From an uncultured Succiniclasticum sp. (lineage in GTDB: Bacteria > Bacillota > Negativicutes > Acidaminococcales > Acidaminococcaceae), in the NCBI GenBank assembly GCA_902801365.1, contig CADCHY010000001.1, positions 16,272-80,271 of the forward strand: DNA of 64,000 nt. Reading direction: 5' to 3'. Shown here in pieces: positions 19,650 through 30,009 of the stretch. A program made the translations under genes and the position numbers. The notes beneath the pieces were generated by a model. It saw only the letters and a program-made list of their open reading frames with translations, had not been told where the DNA came from and searched no databases. How positions within the stretch are numbered: position 1 is the stretch's first letter; every line of letters begins with the position of its first letter.

Positions 19650-20396
19650 TTAATTCATAAACATACCGCCATTTACATGCAATGTCTGGCCAGTAATATA
19701 CGCAGCTTCATCCGATACCAGGAATGCAACCGCTTTTGCAATATCCTCCGGGTCGCCGAGACGTCCCATGGGGATACCTGCTTTCAAACCTTCCACTACC
19801 TTTTCCGGCAGCACTGCCGTCATATCAGTGGCAATAAAACCGGGGGCCACAGCATTCACCGTAATACCCCGGGCCGCGACTTCCTTCGCCGTGGCTTTAG
19901 TAAAGCCCAGGATACCGGCCTTAGCTGCGGCATAGTTTGCCTGGCCGGCATTTCCCATAGCACCTACTACAGAACTGATATTGACGATCCGGCCGCTGCG
20001 GGCTTTCATCATATATTTAATGGCAGCCTTGGTGCAGTTGAATACGCTTTTCAGGTTGGTGAGCAGTACCGCATCCCAGTCCGCTTCCTTCATACGCATC
20101 AAAAGCCCGTCCCGGGTAATACCGGCATTGTTTACCAGAATGTCAATTTTTCCAAAGGCCTTAACCACTTCGTCAATCATGGCGACACAGGCATCTGCGT
20201 CTGCCACGTCCGTCTTCACCAGAATCGCTTTGCGCCCCAGCGCTTCTACTTCCGCTTTGGTTTTCTCGGCAGCTTCTGTATTGCCGGCGTAGTTGATTGC
20301 AATGTCAGCGCCCCGGGAAGCCAGCAAAAGGGCAATGCTTCTGCCGATTCCGCGGGAAGCACCTGTAACTAGTGCAACTTTACCTTCTAACTGCAT
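19650..20396 (-). CDS. fabG: 3-oxoacyl-ACP reductase
   Basis: [32 protein letters not shown]. Confidence 0.97.
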   Translation of the reverse strand: MQLEGKVALVTGASRGIGRSIALLLASRGADIAINYAGNTEAAEKTKAEVEALGRKAILVKTDVADADACVAMIDEVVKAFGKIDILVNNAGITRDGLLMRMKEADWDAVLLTNLKSVFNCTKAAIKYMMKARSGRIVNISSVVGAMGNAGQANYAAAKAGILGFTKATAKEVAARGITVNAVAPGFIATDMTAVLPEKVVEGLKAGIPMGRLGDPEDIAKAVAFLVSDEAAYITGQTLHVNGGMFMN

Positions 20397-20397
20397 T

Positions 20398-21345
20398 TTA
20401 GCGAACCTCCTTAAAATAAGCAAGTGTTTTTTCCAAACTTGCCATATCTTCCACATTTAAAGCGTTCATAGCACGGTCAATTTTGCGGGTAAAGCCTGTC
20501 AGGACCTTACCCGGACCCACTTCAACAAACGTATCGAAGCCGTCTTTGATCATCCTGTGCATGGACATCTCCCATTTAACCGGACTGGCAGCCTGTTTAA
20601 CAAGCAGGGCACGGATTTCTTCCGCTTTGACAACCGGCTCGGCGGTTACATTGGAGAACACCGGGAACTTTGCATCCCGAAAATCAATCTTGTCCAACAC
20701 TTCCTTCAGGCGTTCTGCAGCCGGTTTCATCAGAGTGCTGTGGAAAGGTGCACTTACCGGCAGTGGGATGGCCCGTTTGGCTCCTGCCGCTTTTAAGGCT
20801 TCCGATGCTTTGTCCACTGCTTTTGTTGCCCCCGCAATAACAACCTGACCGGGACAGTTGAAGTTAACAGCCTGCACTGCTTCTCCACATTCTGTTTCCA
20901 CATTCTGGCAAACTGCCACGATTTCATCCGGCGTCAGTCCCATCACTGCCGCCATGGCTCCTTCTCCGACAGGAACCGCTTCCTGCATGAACTCGCCACG
21001 CTTGTGGACCGCCACCACTGCATCCTGCAGCTTCATAACGTCAGCTGCTACCAGTGCGGAATATTCGCCCAGACTGTGGCCGCCGGCCGCCTCACACTCC
21101 AGCCCGTGTTCGCGCATCACAGCCAGCGCCGCTACACTGCAGGTCAGAATGGCCGGTTGGGTATACTTTGTCAGTCGCAGATCTTCTTCCGGTCCCTCAA
21201 AACACATCTTCGTAATAGAAAAACCCAGCGCGTCATCTGCTTCTTCAAATACCTTTTTTGCGCAGGCGTAGCTGTCATAAAAATCCTTACACATCCCAAC
21301 TTTCTGGGAACCCTGTCCCGGAAATACAAACGCAACTTTTGACAA
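20398..21345 (-). CDS. fabD: Malonyl-CoA:ACP transacylase
   Basis: [26 protein letters not shown]; probable TTG start. Confidence 0.96.
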   Translation of the reverse strand: MSKVAFVFPGQGSQKVGMCKDFYDSYACAKKVFEEADDALGFSITKMCFEGPEEDLRLTKYTQPAILTCSVAALAVMREHGLECEAAGGHSLGEYSALVAADVMKLQDAVVAVHKRGEFMQEAVPVGEGAMAAVMGLTPDEIVAVCQNVETECGEAVQAVNFNCPGQVVIAGATKAVDKASEALKAAGAKRAIPLPVSAPFHSTLMKPAAERLKEVLDKIDFRDAKFPVFSNVTAEPVVKAEEIRALLVKQAASPVKWEMSMHRMIKDGFDTFVEVGPGKVLTGFTRKIDRAMNALNVEDMASLEKTLAYFKEVR

Positions 21346-21415
21346 TGGAACCAACCTCACTTTCCATACTTAAATGTATTATTTATATCCCAGAAATCAC
21401 GTTAAAACACCAGAA

Positions 21416-22405
21416 TTACTTTGCCCATTTTAGTAATGCGCCGGCCCAGGTCAGCCCTGCGCCGAAGGCAACCATAATCACATTGTCACCTTTTTTTAAC
21501 CGTCCGGCTTGCTGCGCTTCCGTCAGGCAGACGGGAACGCAGGCCGCCGACATATTCCCGTGCTTGTCAATGTTGATCCAGACCCTCTCCCTGTCAATTT
21601 TCAGGCGGTCTATGGCATTGTCGATAATGCGCAGGTTCGCCTGATGAGGCACCAGCAATGCAATATCATCTATGGTCATGCCGGCTTTCTGCAGTACCTT
21701 TTTACAGGCTGCCGGCATTTTGCGCGCCGCAAACTTAAATACATCCTGGCCGTCCATGTGCACGCATTGCCCGTAAGCGTCTACCGTCTCGTGAGTGGTC
21801 GGATTGCGGCTTCCCCCGGCAGGCTGAATCAGATGCTCTCCACCGGTTCCGTCTGCTCCAAGCTCAAGACTCAGCACGCCGTAACCGTCATCCACCCGTC
21901 CCAGTACCGCAGCACCTGCACCGTCACCGAACAGCACACAGGTATTGCGGTCCGTCCAGTTGATGATCCGGGAAAGAGTCTCCGCTCCCACCAGCAGAAT
22001 CTTTTTATACAACCCGCTTACGATACTCTGACTGCCTATACCCAGAGCGTACACAAAACCGCTGCATCCGGCAGACAGATCAAAGCACGCCGCATTTTTC
22101 GCTCCCAGTTTTGCCTGCAGGAGACAGGCCGTAGACGGATATTTATAATCCGGTGTCTCAGTCGCCACAATAATCATGTCGAGTTCTTCCGGTTTTGTTT
22201 TCGCATCAGCCAGCGCTTTCAGCGACGCCTCATAGGCAAGGTCGCTGGTCGCCTGGTCCGGAGCAGCAATATGACGCGTCTTGATACCCGTACGTTCGGT
22301 AATCCAGGCATCAGAGGTGTCAACCATTTTCTCCAGATCCTGGTTCGTCAGCTTTTTTTCAGGAAGATAATAACCTATACCTATTATACCAGCGGCAAAT
22401 GTCAC
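21416..22405 (-). CDS. fabH: Beta-ketoacyl-ACP synthase III
   Basis: SAGCSGF, FGDGAGA, PHQAN, GNMSAA, FGAGLTW. Confidence 0.96.
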   Translation of the reverse strand: MTFAAGIIGIGYYLPEKKLTNQDLEKMVDTSDAWITERTGIKTRHIAAPDQATSDLAYEASLKALADAKTKPEELDMIIVATETPDYKYPSTACLLQAKLGAKNAACFDLSAGCSGFVYALGIGSQSIVSGLYKKILLVGAETLSRIINWTDRNTCVLFGDGAGAAVLGRVDDGYGVLSLELGADGTGGEHLIQPAGGSRNPTTHETVDAYGQCVHMDGQDVFKFAARKMPAACKKVLQKAGMTIDDIALLVPHQANLRIIDNAIDRLKIDRERVWINIDKHGNMSAACVPVCLTEAQQAGRLKKGDNVIMVAFGAGLTWAGALLKWAK

Positions 22406-22443
22406 TATGTTTCTCCTTATATGAGCCTTTGTACTTCACATTT

Positions 22444-23475
22444 TTACCGCAGACTGCCAACTATCTTGTCAGCTTTTGTCTGCCTGGCAATATCCTCAGC
22501 AATACGGTTGCAGATGTTACGTTCCACGCCGTCAACCGCCGCACCTATGGCATTTTTGATTGCTTTTGCCCTGGAAGAGCCGTGACAGATAAAGAAAGGT
22601 GCCCGTACCCCCAGCAACAATGCACCGCCGTAGGCTTCCGGATCCAGCCGTTTTTTGAGATCTTTCAGGGCCGGACGAATCAGCAGCCCGCCGACCTTGG
22701 CTAAGAAGCCTCCGTTCATAATGGCTTCCTTTACCATGGTAAGGATGGCCGTTGCCAGGCCTTCCGCCGCTTTCAGCACCACGTTTCCCACAAAACCGTC
22801 GCAGACTACCACGTCCACATTGCCTTTATTGATGTCGCGGCCTTCCACGTTGCCGACAAAGTTGATTTGTTTCTCTTCTTTCAGCAGCGGGTATGTAGCC
22901 AGTGTCTGTTCATTGCCTTTTATCTCTTCTTCGCCGATGTTTAGCAGCCCCACCCGGGGATTCTTTATATTCAGCATCAGTTCCGCATAAATGGAACCCA
23001 TGATGGCATTCTGCAACATATGCTGTGGTTTGGCATCCACCTTGGCCCCGCTGTCCAACAGCACTGTGGTGCCCGTCAGACTGGGGATAGGCGTGGCAAT
23101 CGCCGGCCGGCCTACGCCACGGATTCGTCCCAGATGGAACAGAGCCGCAGCTACTGCTGCCCCCGTACTGCCGGAAGACACCAGCGCATCACATTCTTTG
23201 TTGCGAAGAAGGTCGGTAGCCACCACAATAGAAGCATCTTTTTTTGTCTTTACAGCGATGCCGGGATGCTCGTGCATATCAATGACTTCCGACGCATGCC
23301 GGGTAGTCAGATGCGGATTCTTATCCGCGCCGTAATCTTTCAGCAATTTTACAATGGTAGGCTCATCCCCCACCAGCACTACGTCACAATTATATTCTTT
23401 TACCGCCATTACAGCGCCCAGGACCAGTTCCTTCGGGCCGTAATCGGTACCCATTACATCCAGCGCAATTTTCAT
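22444..23475 (-). CDS. plsX: Phosphate acyltransferase
   Basis: MKIALDVMGTD, SSGSTGA, LDSGA, NIGEEEIKG, GNVEG, HGSS. Confidence 0.96.
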   Translation of the reverse strand: MKIALDVMGTDYGPKELVLGAVMAVKEYNCDVVLVGDEPTIVKLLKDYGADKNPHLTTRHASEVIDMHEHPGIAVKTKKDASIVVATDLLRNKECDALVSSGSTGAAVAAALFHLGRIRGVGRPAIATPIPSLTGTTVLLDSGAKVDAKPQHMLQNAIMGSIYAELMLNIKNPRVGLLNIGEEEIKGNEQTLATYPLLKEEKQINFVGNVEGRDINKGNVDVVVCDGFVGNVVLKAAEGLATAILTMVKEAIMNGGFLAKVGGLLIRPALKDLKKRLDPEAYGGALLLGVRAPFFICHGSSRAKAIKNAIGAAVDGVERNICNRIAEDIARQTKADKIVGSLR

Positions 23476-23582
23476 GCGTTTTTCAGCATCCTTTCCAGTC
23501 AGCGGAACCGCTTGCAAAGCCGCTGATTAATTTGTCCGCTCATCTATCGGTGATTACACATTTTTATTGTATCAACGTTTTC

Positions 23583-24155
23583 CTAATTAAATTTTTCGCC
23601 GTTATCCACCGCAGCGATAATAAATTTCGCCCTGAAAACTTCCGTATTTTCCTTTTTAATAATGACCCTGATATAATACCTGCCGTCTTTGATATTAGTT
23701 ACATCCGCCTTGGCAACCAGCCTGTCACCGGGATAAACCGGCACTTTATACTTTACATTGCCGACAGCCGTTAAGGCAAACTCAGTATCTACCAGCGCAA
23801 GAGCTAGCGTGTCGGCCATAGCAAACATGAAATAGCCTCGGCCCACGCCGGTTTTTCCCAGCACCATCTCATTGGTAACGGTCAGAGTTGAAATGGCTGA
23901 ATTGTTAAGTTCCAGATCAATCAACTCGCCCACAATATCCTTCTGGTCGATTGCTTTCAGGCGGGTGCTGGCCGCGCTGGCCATCATGCGGATCCGTTCC
24001 CGCAGTTCAGGTATATTCAGGGCCAGACGGTCAAGCCGTACTGTTGGCACGCTGACCTTTAACATCTTGGCAAGTTGTTCATCGGTTAAAAATGGATCCT
24101 TCTGAATCAACTTCTGCAGTTTCCCATGACGGATCAACTTTTTCGAAGAATTCAT
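23583..24155 (-). CDS. fapR: Fatty-acid biosynthesis transcription factor
   Basis: DPFLTDEQLA..VSVPTVRLDRLALNIPELRERI plus hot-dog domain; heads the plsX-fab operon. Confidence 0.95.
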   Translation of the reverse strand: MNSSKKLIRHGKLQKLIQKDPFLTDEQLAKMLKVSVPTVRLDRLALNIPELRERIRMMASAASTRLKAIDQKDIVGELIDLELNNSAISTLTVTNEMVLGKTGVGRGYFMFAMADTLALALVDTEFALTAVGNVKYKVPVYPGDRLVAKADVTNIKDGRYYIRVIIKKENTEVFRAKFIIAAVDNGEKFN

Positions 24156-24170
24156 TTTATCACCTCACTT

Positions 24171-24187
24171 TTAATACCTGGTTATAA
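24171..24187. promoter_or_regulatory. Candidate FapR operator
   Basis: TTAATACCTGGTTATAA 16 nt upstream of the fapR start; resembles the Firmicute TTAGTA-N5-TANTAA box. A second TAATACCTG follows at 24185. Confidence 0.6.
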
Positions 24188-24352
24188 TACCTGATTGTAT
24201 GCATTATACTATTTTTTCTTTTGTAATGCAAGTCCTTTTTGTAAAACACAGTACAAATAACTCAATAACCTGAAACGGATCCGCCTGTGTTGCATTATTG
24301 TGTTGCATTATTTAGTAATAAAAAGGAATCATGGAACAATGTAACTAAAACG

Positions 24353-24383
24353 AAAAAACCCTGAAGACGATGCATCTTCAGGG
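24353..24383 (-). terminator. Intrinsic terminator of rpmF
   Basis: CCCTGAAGA/TCTTCAGGG stem with 6 T on the minus strand. Confidence 0.75.
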
Positions 24384-24401
24384 TCAATTCTCACGGTTAA
24401 A

Positions 24402-24581
24402 TTATTCTTCGGTTTTGATAACTTCTTTCCCGTTATAGTAACCACATTCCGGGCACACACGGTGCGGCATCTTCATTTCGTGGCACTGCGGGCATTCAAC
24501 CAGGCCCGGAGCAGTCAGCTTCCAGTTCGCGCGGCGGGAATCGCGGCGTGCTTTGGTCATTTTCCTCTTCGGTACTGCCAT
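24402..24581 (-). CDS. rpmF: 50S ribosomal protein L32 (zinc-ribbon form); not in the ORF track
   Basis: Manual translation MAVPKRKMTKARRDSRRANWKLTAPGLVECPQCHEMKMPHRVCPECGYYNGKEVIKTEE; RBS GGAGGTG. Confidence 0.97.
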   Translation of the reverse strand: MAVPKRKMTKARRDSRRANWKLTAPGLVECPQCHEMKMPHRVCPECGYYNGKEVIKTEE

Positions 24582-24612
24582 TTTCCATACACCTCCTAAG
24601 CAAAAATGGTAT

Positions 24613-25116
24613 TTAATATTTGATGAACTGCTTTAATGCCGCAAGTCTCGGATCGATGGCGCCAGTATCGCAGCTGCAGGGATGGACGTTACGGTCCGCC
24701 CCGCACACAGGGCAGATTCCCAGGCAATCCTCTTTACACAAGACTCTCAGAGGTTCTGCCAACAGCAGGCTCTCACGCAGCGGCTCTGTTATATCAACAA
24801 TATCCGCTTCGTAGACATAAGCATCATTTTCAACACCCGGACTTCCTGACGGATAATATTTCTCTACGACTTCCGCGGTGGAATCCGCCGTAAACTCTTT
24901 CAGGCAGCGGGAACACATACGGTTCACCCTGGCGCTGACACGGGCTTGCAGCAGAAGCACATCCCCAACATTGGATATTCCACCTTCAATACGGACCGTG
25001 CCGGCAATGGGCAGTTCTGCTTCAGCGATATCCAGTTCTTCAGGTTTCGCATCAAATAGCAGGAGTTTTTTTCCTGTCAGGTGTCTTCGTATCTCAGCGA
25101 CATTTATCTTAATCAT
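24613..25116 (-). CDS. YceD/DUF177 family protein
   Basis: CSRCL, LCKEDCLGICPVCG, DPRLAAL; immediately upstream of rpmF. Confidence 0.92.
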   Translation of the reverse strand: MIKINVAEIRRHLTGKKLLLFDAKPEELDIAEAELPIAGTVRIEGGISNVGDVLLLQARVSARVNRMCSRCLKEFTADSTAEVVEKYYPSGSPGVENDAYVYEADIVDITEPLRESLLLAEPLRVLCKEDCLGICPVCGADRNVHPCSCDTGAIDPRLAALKQFIKY

Positions 25117-25309
25117 ATTTCACCAATCGTTACAATTATAGCCATACATAAAACCTTTGTCAAGATAAAATCAACAAAGGAATTTATCCGAGCTTTCCTG
25201 ATTTTATGATAAAATAATAAAAACGGAAAAAAGGACTAACCCCCTCACGATTCTTTTTGGCTGAAACGATTGTATAACAGCCGGGGCAATATTGCAAGAG
25301 GAGTTCCCT

Positions 25310-26533
25310 ATGAATTTGCAGATAATCGGAATCACAACTGAATACAATCCTTTCCACAATGGGCATAAATGGCAGCTTCAGGCAATCCGGAAAAAATTTG
25401 GCAATGTTACGGTTATTGCCTGCATGAGCGGCTTTTTCGTACAACGGGGCGAAATCGCCCTGACCGATCCCTGGTCCCGGGCCGCCACAGCCGTGCGCGC
25501 CGGTGTAGACCTGGTCCTGTTGCTGCCTTCATGGTACAGCCTGCGCAGCGCAGATTATTTTGCCGCCGGGGCAGTAAAAACGCTGGTTGCCACCGGCCTC
25601 GTCAACACACTGGTATGCGGTGCGGAACAGATTACCGGCAACGATCTGGCAGAAACAGCTGCCTGGTCGCTGCAGGCAGAAACCGAACAGCAAATAAAAA
25701 CGTTACTGCAAAAGGGGCTGTCCTACGGCGCAGCCTGGGAAACCGCAGCCATACAAAATCATAAAGACGCCCGTTGGTTCAAAGGAGCAAACAACCTGCT
25801 GGCGCTGGCGTATCAAAAAGCTGTTATACAGAACAATCTGTCTGTCGAACTTCTTACTCTGCCGCGCCGGGGGAGCAATTACAACGACACGGAACTGACG
25901 CCGCCTTACGCGTCCGCCTCCGCCATTCGTACAGCATTGCGAAACAGCTGTGCTTCCGGTTCCCTTGCTTCCGTTATGCCGGAAGACTCCTTAGCTTTAT
26001 TAAAACTAAATGAAACTAATTATACCGCCCGCTTTATCCGGCAGGAAGAAACCCTGACCCTGCTTCTGGGCAGTCTGCTTGCCAGATGCAACAGCCACGA
26101 CCTGTATGAGCACAGCAGCGGAAGCCGGGATTTGTGTGACCGCTTCCATAATGCAAGGTCAGATTTACAGCAGGGCTACAGCTCCTTCTGCCGGAGTATT
26201 ACCAATAAACGGGATCCGCTGCCCTCTGTCCGCCGGCTCGCACTGCAGCTGCTGTTACATAAAGACCGGTCATTTTGGACAGAAACACCGGAACCGGCTT
26301 ACCTGCGGGTATTGGCTTTTAATAACCGGGGCCGCAACCTGCTAAGAAAAATGAAAGAAACCGCGAAACTGCCTGTCGTAATAAAACCAGGCAGAATAGA
26401 GCGATACAAAAACACCGCCCTGTATCCGCTGTTGCAGCTGGATACCGATGCCGCCGATCTGTATCAGTTGTTGAACGGCAACATTGGAGTATACGGAACC
26501 TGTTTGACCACGTCACCACTGTATGTAAAGTAA
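25310..26533 (+). CDS. tmcAL: tRNA(Met) cytidine acetate ligase-family nucleotidyltransferase (YlbM)
   Basis: EYNPFHNGH, MSGFFVQRGE, NNLLALAY, ASASAIR, YLRVLAFN. Confidence 0.85.
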   Translation: MNLQIIGITTEYNPFHNGHKWQLQAIRKKFGNVTVIACMSGFFVQRGEIALTDPWSRAATAVRAGVDLVLLLPSWYSLRSADYFAAGAVKTLVATGLVNTLVCGAEQITGNDLAETAAWSLQAETEQQIKTLLQKGLSYGAAWETAAIQNHKDARWFKGANNLLALAYQKAVIQNNLSVELLTLPRRGSNYNDTELTPPYASASAIRTALRNSCASGSLASVMPEDSLALLKLNETNYTARFIRQEETLTLLLGSLLARCNSHDLYEHSSGSRDLCDRFHNARSDLQQGYSSFCRSITNKRDPLPSVRRLALQLLLHKDRSFWTETPEPAYLRVLAFNNRGRNLLRKMKETAKLPVVIKPGRIERYKNTALYPLLQLDTDAADLYQLLNGNIGVYGTCLTTSPLYVK

Positions 26534-26722
26534 ATAACGGATCGCTTCAGATTTTCCGGAAAACTTTCCGGAACAGCCTGCGCCTGAATATCTCTGTAAT
26601 GAAATCAAAACTCCTTATCTACGGTTTGACCGCAAACGGTCCTGCCGCAAATAAGGAGTTTTTCGTTCGAATAATGAGACCTAACACAAACTAACGCGCA
26701 ATTTCGGTCAAATCACACCCGG

Positions 26723-27379
26723 CTATTCTTCTTCAGCAGGCGCCTCTTCTGCTTCTTCCGCTGCTACAGGCGCCGGGATAGCTTCCGGCTGGGCAGTCGC
26801 ATGCTGCACGCGGGATGCGATAAGTTCCGCCAATCCTTTCCGTTCCTCATTCACACTGTTGCGGTTGTCCTCAATAGCCCGCAGGGCAGATTGCAAACTA
26901 TTGCCCAGGTACCCAAGCATATCGTCCGCATACTGGAGAGAATCGGTCTTCACCTGATCCGCGTACTGGTCCGCCCCCTGTTTCACTTCATCTTCATAGC
27001 GCTGGGCAGAAGTTTTAATATCTTTGGAAAGCATCTCAGCCTGGCGTACGATTTCTTCCTGGCGAACCAGACGGTCTGCTTCTTCCTTGGCAGCTGTGAT
27101 GATATGTTCCGCTTCCAAATTGGCTTTTTCCACCGTTGCGGCAGCTTCTTCTTTTGCAGAACTCATTATTTTCTGTGATTCTGTCAGAACTTCCGACGCT
27201 CGTTTTACTTCCTTGGGAATCGCTTCCTTCAAATCATCCAGAATTGCGGACAAATCGCTTTCTTCCACGATGATTTTGTCTGTCAGCGGAATCCGGTTCG
27301 CTTCCGAAATCAAATTGTATAAGTCGTCAAAGATCTGGTCAAGTGTTACGTTTGTACTAAGTCTCTCCAGCATTTTCAT
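26723..27379 (-). CDS. Conserved coiled-coil protein downstream of coaD (DivIVA/ATP synthase b-like)
   Basis: RIPLTDKIIV..LDDLKEAIPKEV..A followed by a long coiled coil; conserved position after coaD. Confidence 0.7.
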   Translation of the reverse strand: MKMLERLSTNVTLDQIFDDLYNLISEANRIPLTDKIIVEESDLSAILDDLKEAIPKEVKRASEVLTESQKIMSSAKEEAAATVEKANLEAEHIITAAKEEADRLVRQEEIVRQAEMLSKDIKTSAQRYEDEVKQGADQYADQVKTDSLQYADDMLGYLGNSLQSALRAIEDNRNSVNEERKGLAELIASRVQHATAQPEAIPAPVAAEEAEEAPAEEE

Positions 27380-27474
27380 ATCCTCTTTCTTTTTCAATTT
27401 GGCAGCCCTGCCGCCAGCTGTTTATTGTATTATCCCATCTGCACCTGTTCCTTATACTCCAGATGCAGCCTCAC

Positions 27475-27969
27475 TCACTTTGCCTTACGTTTCTGGTATT
27501 TGCGGATCAGCTCTTCCACACCAGCCGGCACAAGCTGCCCTATATCGCCGCCAAATGCTAACAGCTCCCGCACACCGGATGAACTGATATATGAATAGTT
27601 GGCATTCGTCATGATAAAAACCGTCTCCAGGGATTCATTGATCTTTTTCAACAGCAACGCCCGCTGGAATTCATATTCAAAATCTGTGAAAGCCCTTAAA
27701 CCCCTGACAATAAAAGAAGCTTTTTCCTTTTCGCAGAACTCGTTTAAAAGCCCGCTGCAGCTGGTTACCCGCACATTCGGCAGATGGGATGTAGCCGCTT
27801 TCAGCATTTCCACCCTTTCCTTCGGAGTAAACAGAGACGTTGCTTTTCCCGGATTGTAGAACACACAGACTATTATCTCGTCAAACATCCGGCTGGCACG
27901 CTCGATAATATCGATATGCCCTATGGTCACTGGGTCAAAACTGCCTGAACATACAGCCTTGCGCATCAT
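27475..27969 (-). CDS. coaD: Phosphopantetheine adenylyltransferase
   Basis: GSFDPVTIGHIDII, VRGLRAFTDFEYE, ISSSGVRE. Confidence 0.97.
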   Translation of the reverse strand: MMRKAVCSGSFDPVTIGHIDIIERASRMFDEIIVCVFYNPGKATSLFTPKERVEMLKAATSHLPNVRVTSCSGLLNEFCEKEKASFIVRGLRAFTDFEYEFQRALLLKKINESLETVFIMTNANYSYISSSGVRELLAFGGDIGQLVPAGVEELIRKYQKRKAK

Positions 27970-28029
27970 TGCTCCCCCTTAGGCGACAAATTTAAAACTT
28001 ACTTGATTTTAATAAGCTTCGACACCGTT

Positions 28030-28587
28030 TCATAAAATCCTTTTTATAAAACTCAATACCGTTTCCCCGTATTGCTGGTTTCGGAAAATCTCATAGCTTT
28101 CCGGCACAGCGTCCGCAATGTCGTCATGGGCTGAATGCTCTGCAACCAGCCAGCCGTTTTCTGCCAGAAGCTGATTTTTTCCCAGCTTCGCCAGGATTTT
28201 CTGCACCCAGCCTTTATTATAAGGGGGATCCACGAAAATCAGATCAAACCGCTGCCCCTGTTTGTACAACAGATCTACCGCTGCCTCAGCGTCATGCTTT
28301 AACACCTTGCAGTCCGCTTCTGCACGGCATTTACGGATATTGCTGTCTGTCAGTTGCAGGGACATACGGCTGTTATCCACAAACTGAACAAACCGGGCTC
28401 CGCGGCTCCAGGATTCCAGTCCCAGGTTACCGCTGCCGGCGAACAGATCCAACACTGCTGCGTCCACTACCTTACTGCCGATAATATTGAACAGGGACTC
28501 TTTCACCCGGTCCGCCGTAGGACGCACATCATAATTTTTCGGCACGTTCAGGTGCAGCCCCCGTGCCTTTCCCGTAATAATTCGCAT
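28030..28587 (-). CDS. rsmD: 16S rRNA m2G966 methyltransferase
   Basis: MRIITG, RPTADRVKESLF, LDLFAGSG, DPPY. Confidence 0.95.
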   Translation of the reverse strand: MRIITGKARGLHLNVPKNYDVRPTADRVKESLFNIIGSKVVDAAVLDLFAGSGNLGLESWSRGARFVQFVDNSRMSLQLTDSNIRKCRAEADCKVLKHDAEAAVDLLYKQGQRFDLIFVDPPYNKGWVQKILAKLGKNQLLAENGWLVAEHSAHDDIADAVPESYEIFRNQQYGETVLSFIKRIL

Positions 28588-28853
28588 CGCGTTTCAGGCC
28601 GCGCCTTTCTGCCGGTCAAATCAATAATTTCCGGGAACCGGCGTACCTGCGGTTTTTCTTTTACACCGAATATCGCAGGACCTTAATATTCTTATTTATC
28701 ATACAACAAAACTGCCGTTTTGTCACTTTCCTGTTGCTAAATATTGTAACAAATCTGTGAAAAACACAAAATATAGTATGATTTTGCCTTACAACCTGAT
28801 TATTCTGTAACCGCTTCGCCCTGAAATAATTATACAGAAGAACCGAAATGCGA

Positions 28854-29945
28854 TTACCAGCTGCGGGATGACCCACCCCCACCGCCGGAGCCGCCGCCAA
28901 AACCGCCGCCGCTGTAACCTCCTCCGCCGGAGCTGCCACCAGAGCCGCCACCGCCACTGAAGAAGAACCCCAAAATTCGCAGCAGCAGACCGGTGACTGC
29001 GCCATTGAACAAGATAAAATCAATGAGCAGCAATGCAACTATGACCGGAACCCAGCCGAAGGTATCTACCAGCCATTCGCCTTTCAGCAACAGAAAGCCG
29101 AATACACTCAGAATCCCCGCCAGCAGGGGTGAATCCGTACTGGCGGAAGCCGGTTCAACGGGGTTCGCTGCATGATTCTGTGAATCTCCGCCCCGGCTTT
29201 CTGCCGGGCCTGACTGTGGGTCCGTGTTTTCTGTTCCTTTTTGCGCGCCGTCGTTCCGGTTCTCCTCTGTTCCGTTCGTTGTATTCCCTGTCGCGTTCTC
29301 CGTTCCGTTCTGTTCCTTGAGGGCCTTTTCAAACAGCGCCTCAGTGGACTGTCCGTCAGCACCAGCCTTTACCGTGCCCGGAGAATGATTGTTGAAACCG
29401 CTTACTGCCAACTGCACATTATATTCCTTCGCAATCCGGAGAGCAAGAGCCTCATACCCGCGGGCAATACCTTCCTCGTAGATCCCTTTGCGGAAATAAG
29501 GAATCATATACTGGTCCTGGATCTGCCCGGTAAGGCTGTCCGTCAGAGCACCCTCCAGCCCGTAGCCCACTTCAATTCGTGATTTGCGGTCCCCGGTGGA
29601 AATCAAAAGGAGCACGCCATTATTCTTTTCTTTATTGCCGATACCCCAGTCCCGCAGCAGCTTGAGGGAATATTCCTCCAACGGGGCGCCGTTGAGGCTC
29701 TTCACCGTCACCACCGCAAGCTGGGCTGTGGTCTTCTGGTCCAGCTGCCGGCCCAAATCCTGAAGATAACTGCGGACAGGCGCAGAAATAACGCCTGCAT
29801 AATCCTGCACATAGATACCGGAAGATGCAGGCGGCTTCGGCGGAACCTGTACTGTAGTCCCCTCGGACTCATCATCCACAAAGAACCAGATACCTGCTAT
29901 CATGGCATAAACCGCCACCAACAGCAACCTTAATAAATATTTCAT
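28854..29945 (-). CDS. TPM-domain membrane protein with Gly-rich tail
   Basis: WGIGNKEKNNGVLLL..RIEVGYGLEGALTD; C-terminal FGGGSGGGGGSSRSW; downstream of lemA. Confidence 0.9.
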   Translation of the reverse strand: MKYLLRLLLVAVYAMIAGIWFFVDDESEGTTVQVPPKPPASSGIYVQDYAGVISAPVRSYLQDLGRQLDQKTTAQLAVVTVKSLNGAPLEEYSLKLLRDWGIGNKEKNNGVLLLISTGDRKSRIEVGYGLEGALTDSLTGQIQDQYMIPYFRKGIYEEGIARGYEALALRIAKEYNVQLAVSGFNNHSPGTVKAGADGQSTEALFEKALKEQNGTENATGNTTNGTEENRNDGAQKGTENTDPQSGPAESRGGDSQNHAANPVEPASASTDSPLLAGILSVFGFLLLKGEWLVDTFGWVPVIVALLLIDFILFNGAVTGLLLRILGFFFSGGGGSGGSSGGGGYSGGGFGGGSGGGGGSSRSW

Positions 29946-30009
29946 ATGTTATACTGTATTGTTACACCTCGAAATCGCCCCGCGTAATTCTCCCGCCGGA
30001 CTCTTTTCT

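Noticed and set aside
26607-26662. Hairpin AAAACTCCTTAT/ATAAGGAGTTTT with an inner GACCG-CAAA-CGGTC stem, considered as a riboswitch or a second copy of the 56354 element
   Set aside because: It lies between convergent genes, so a bidirectional terminator suffices. It shows no c-di-GMP motif and only vague similarity to the rnr-smpB palindrome.
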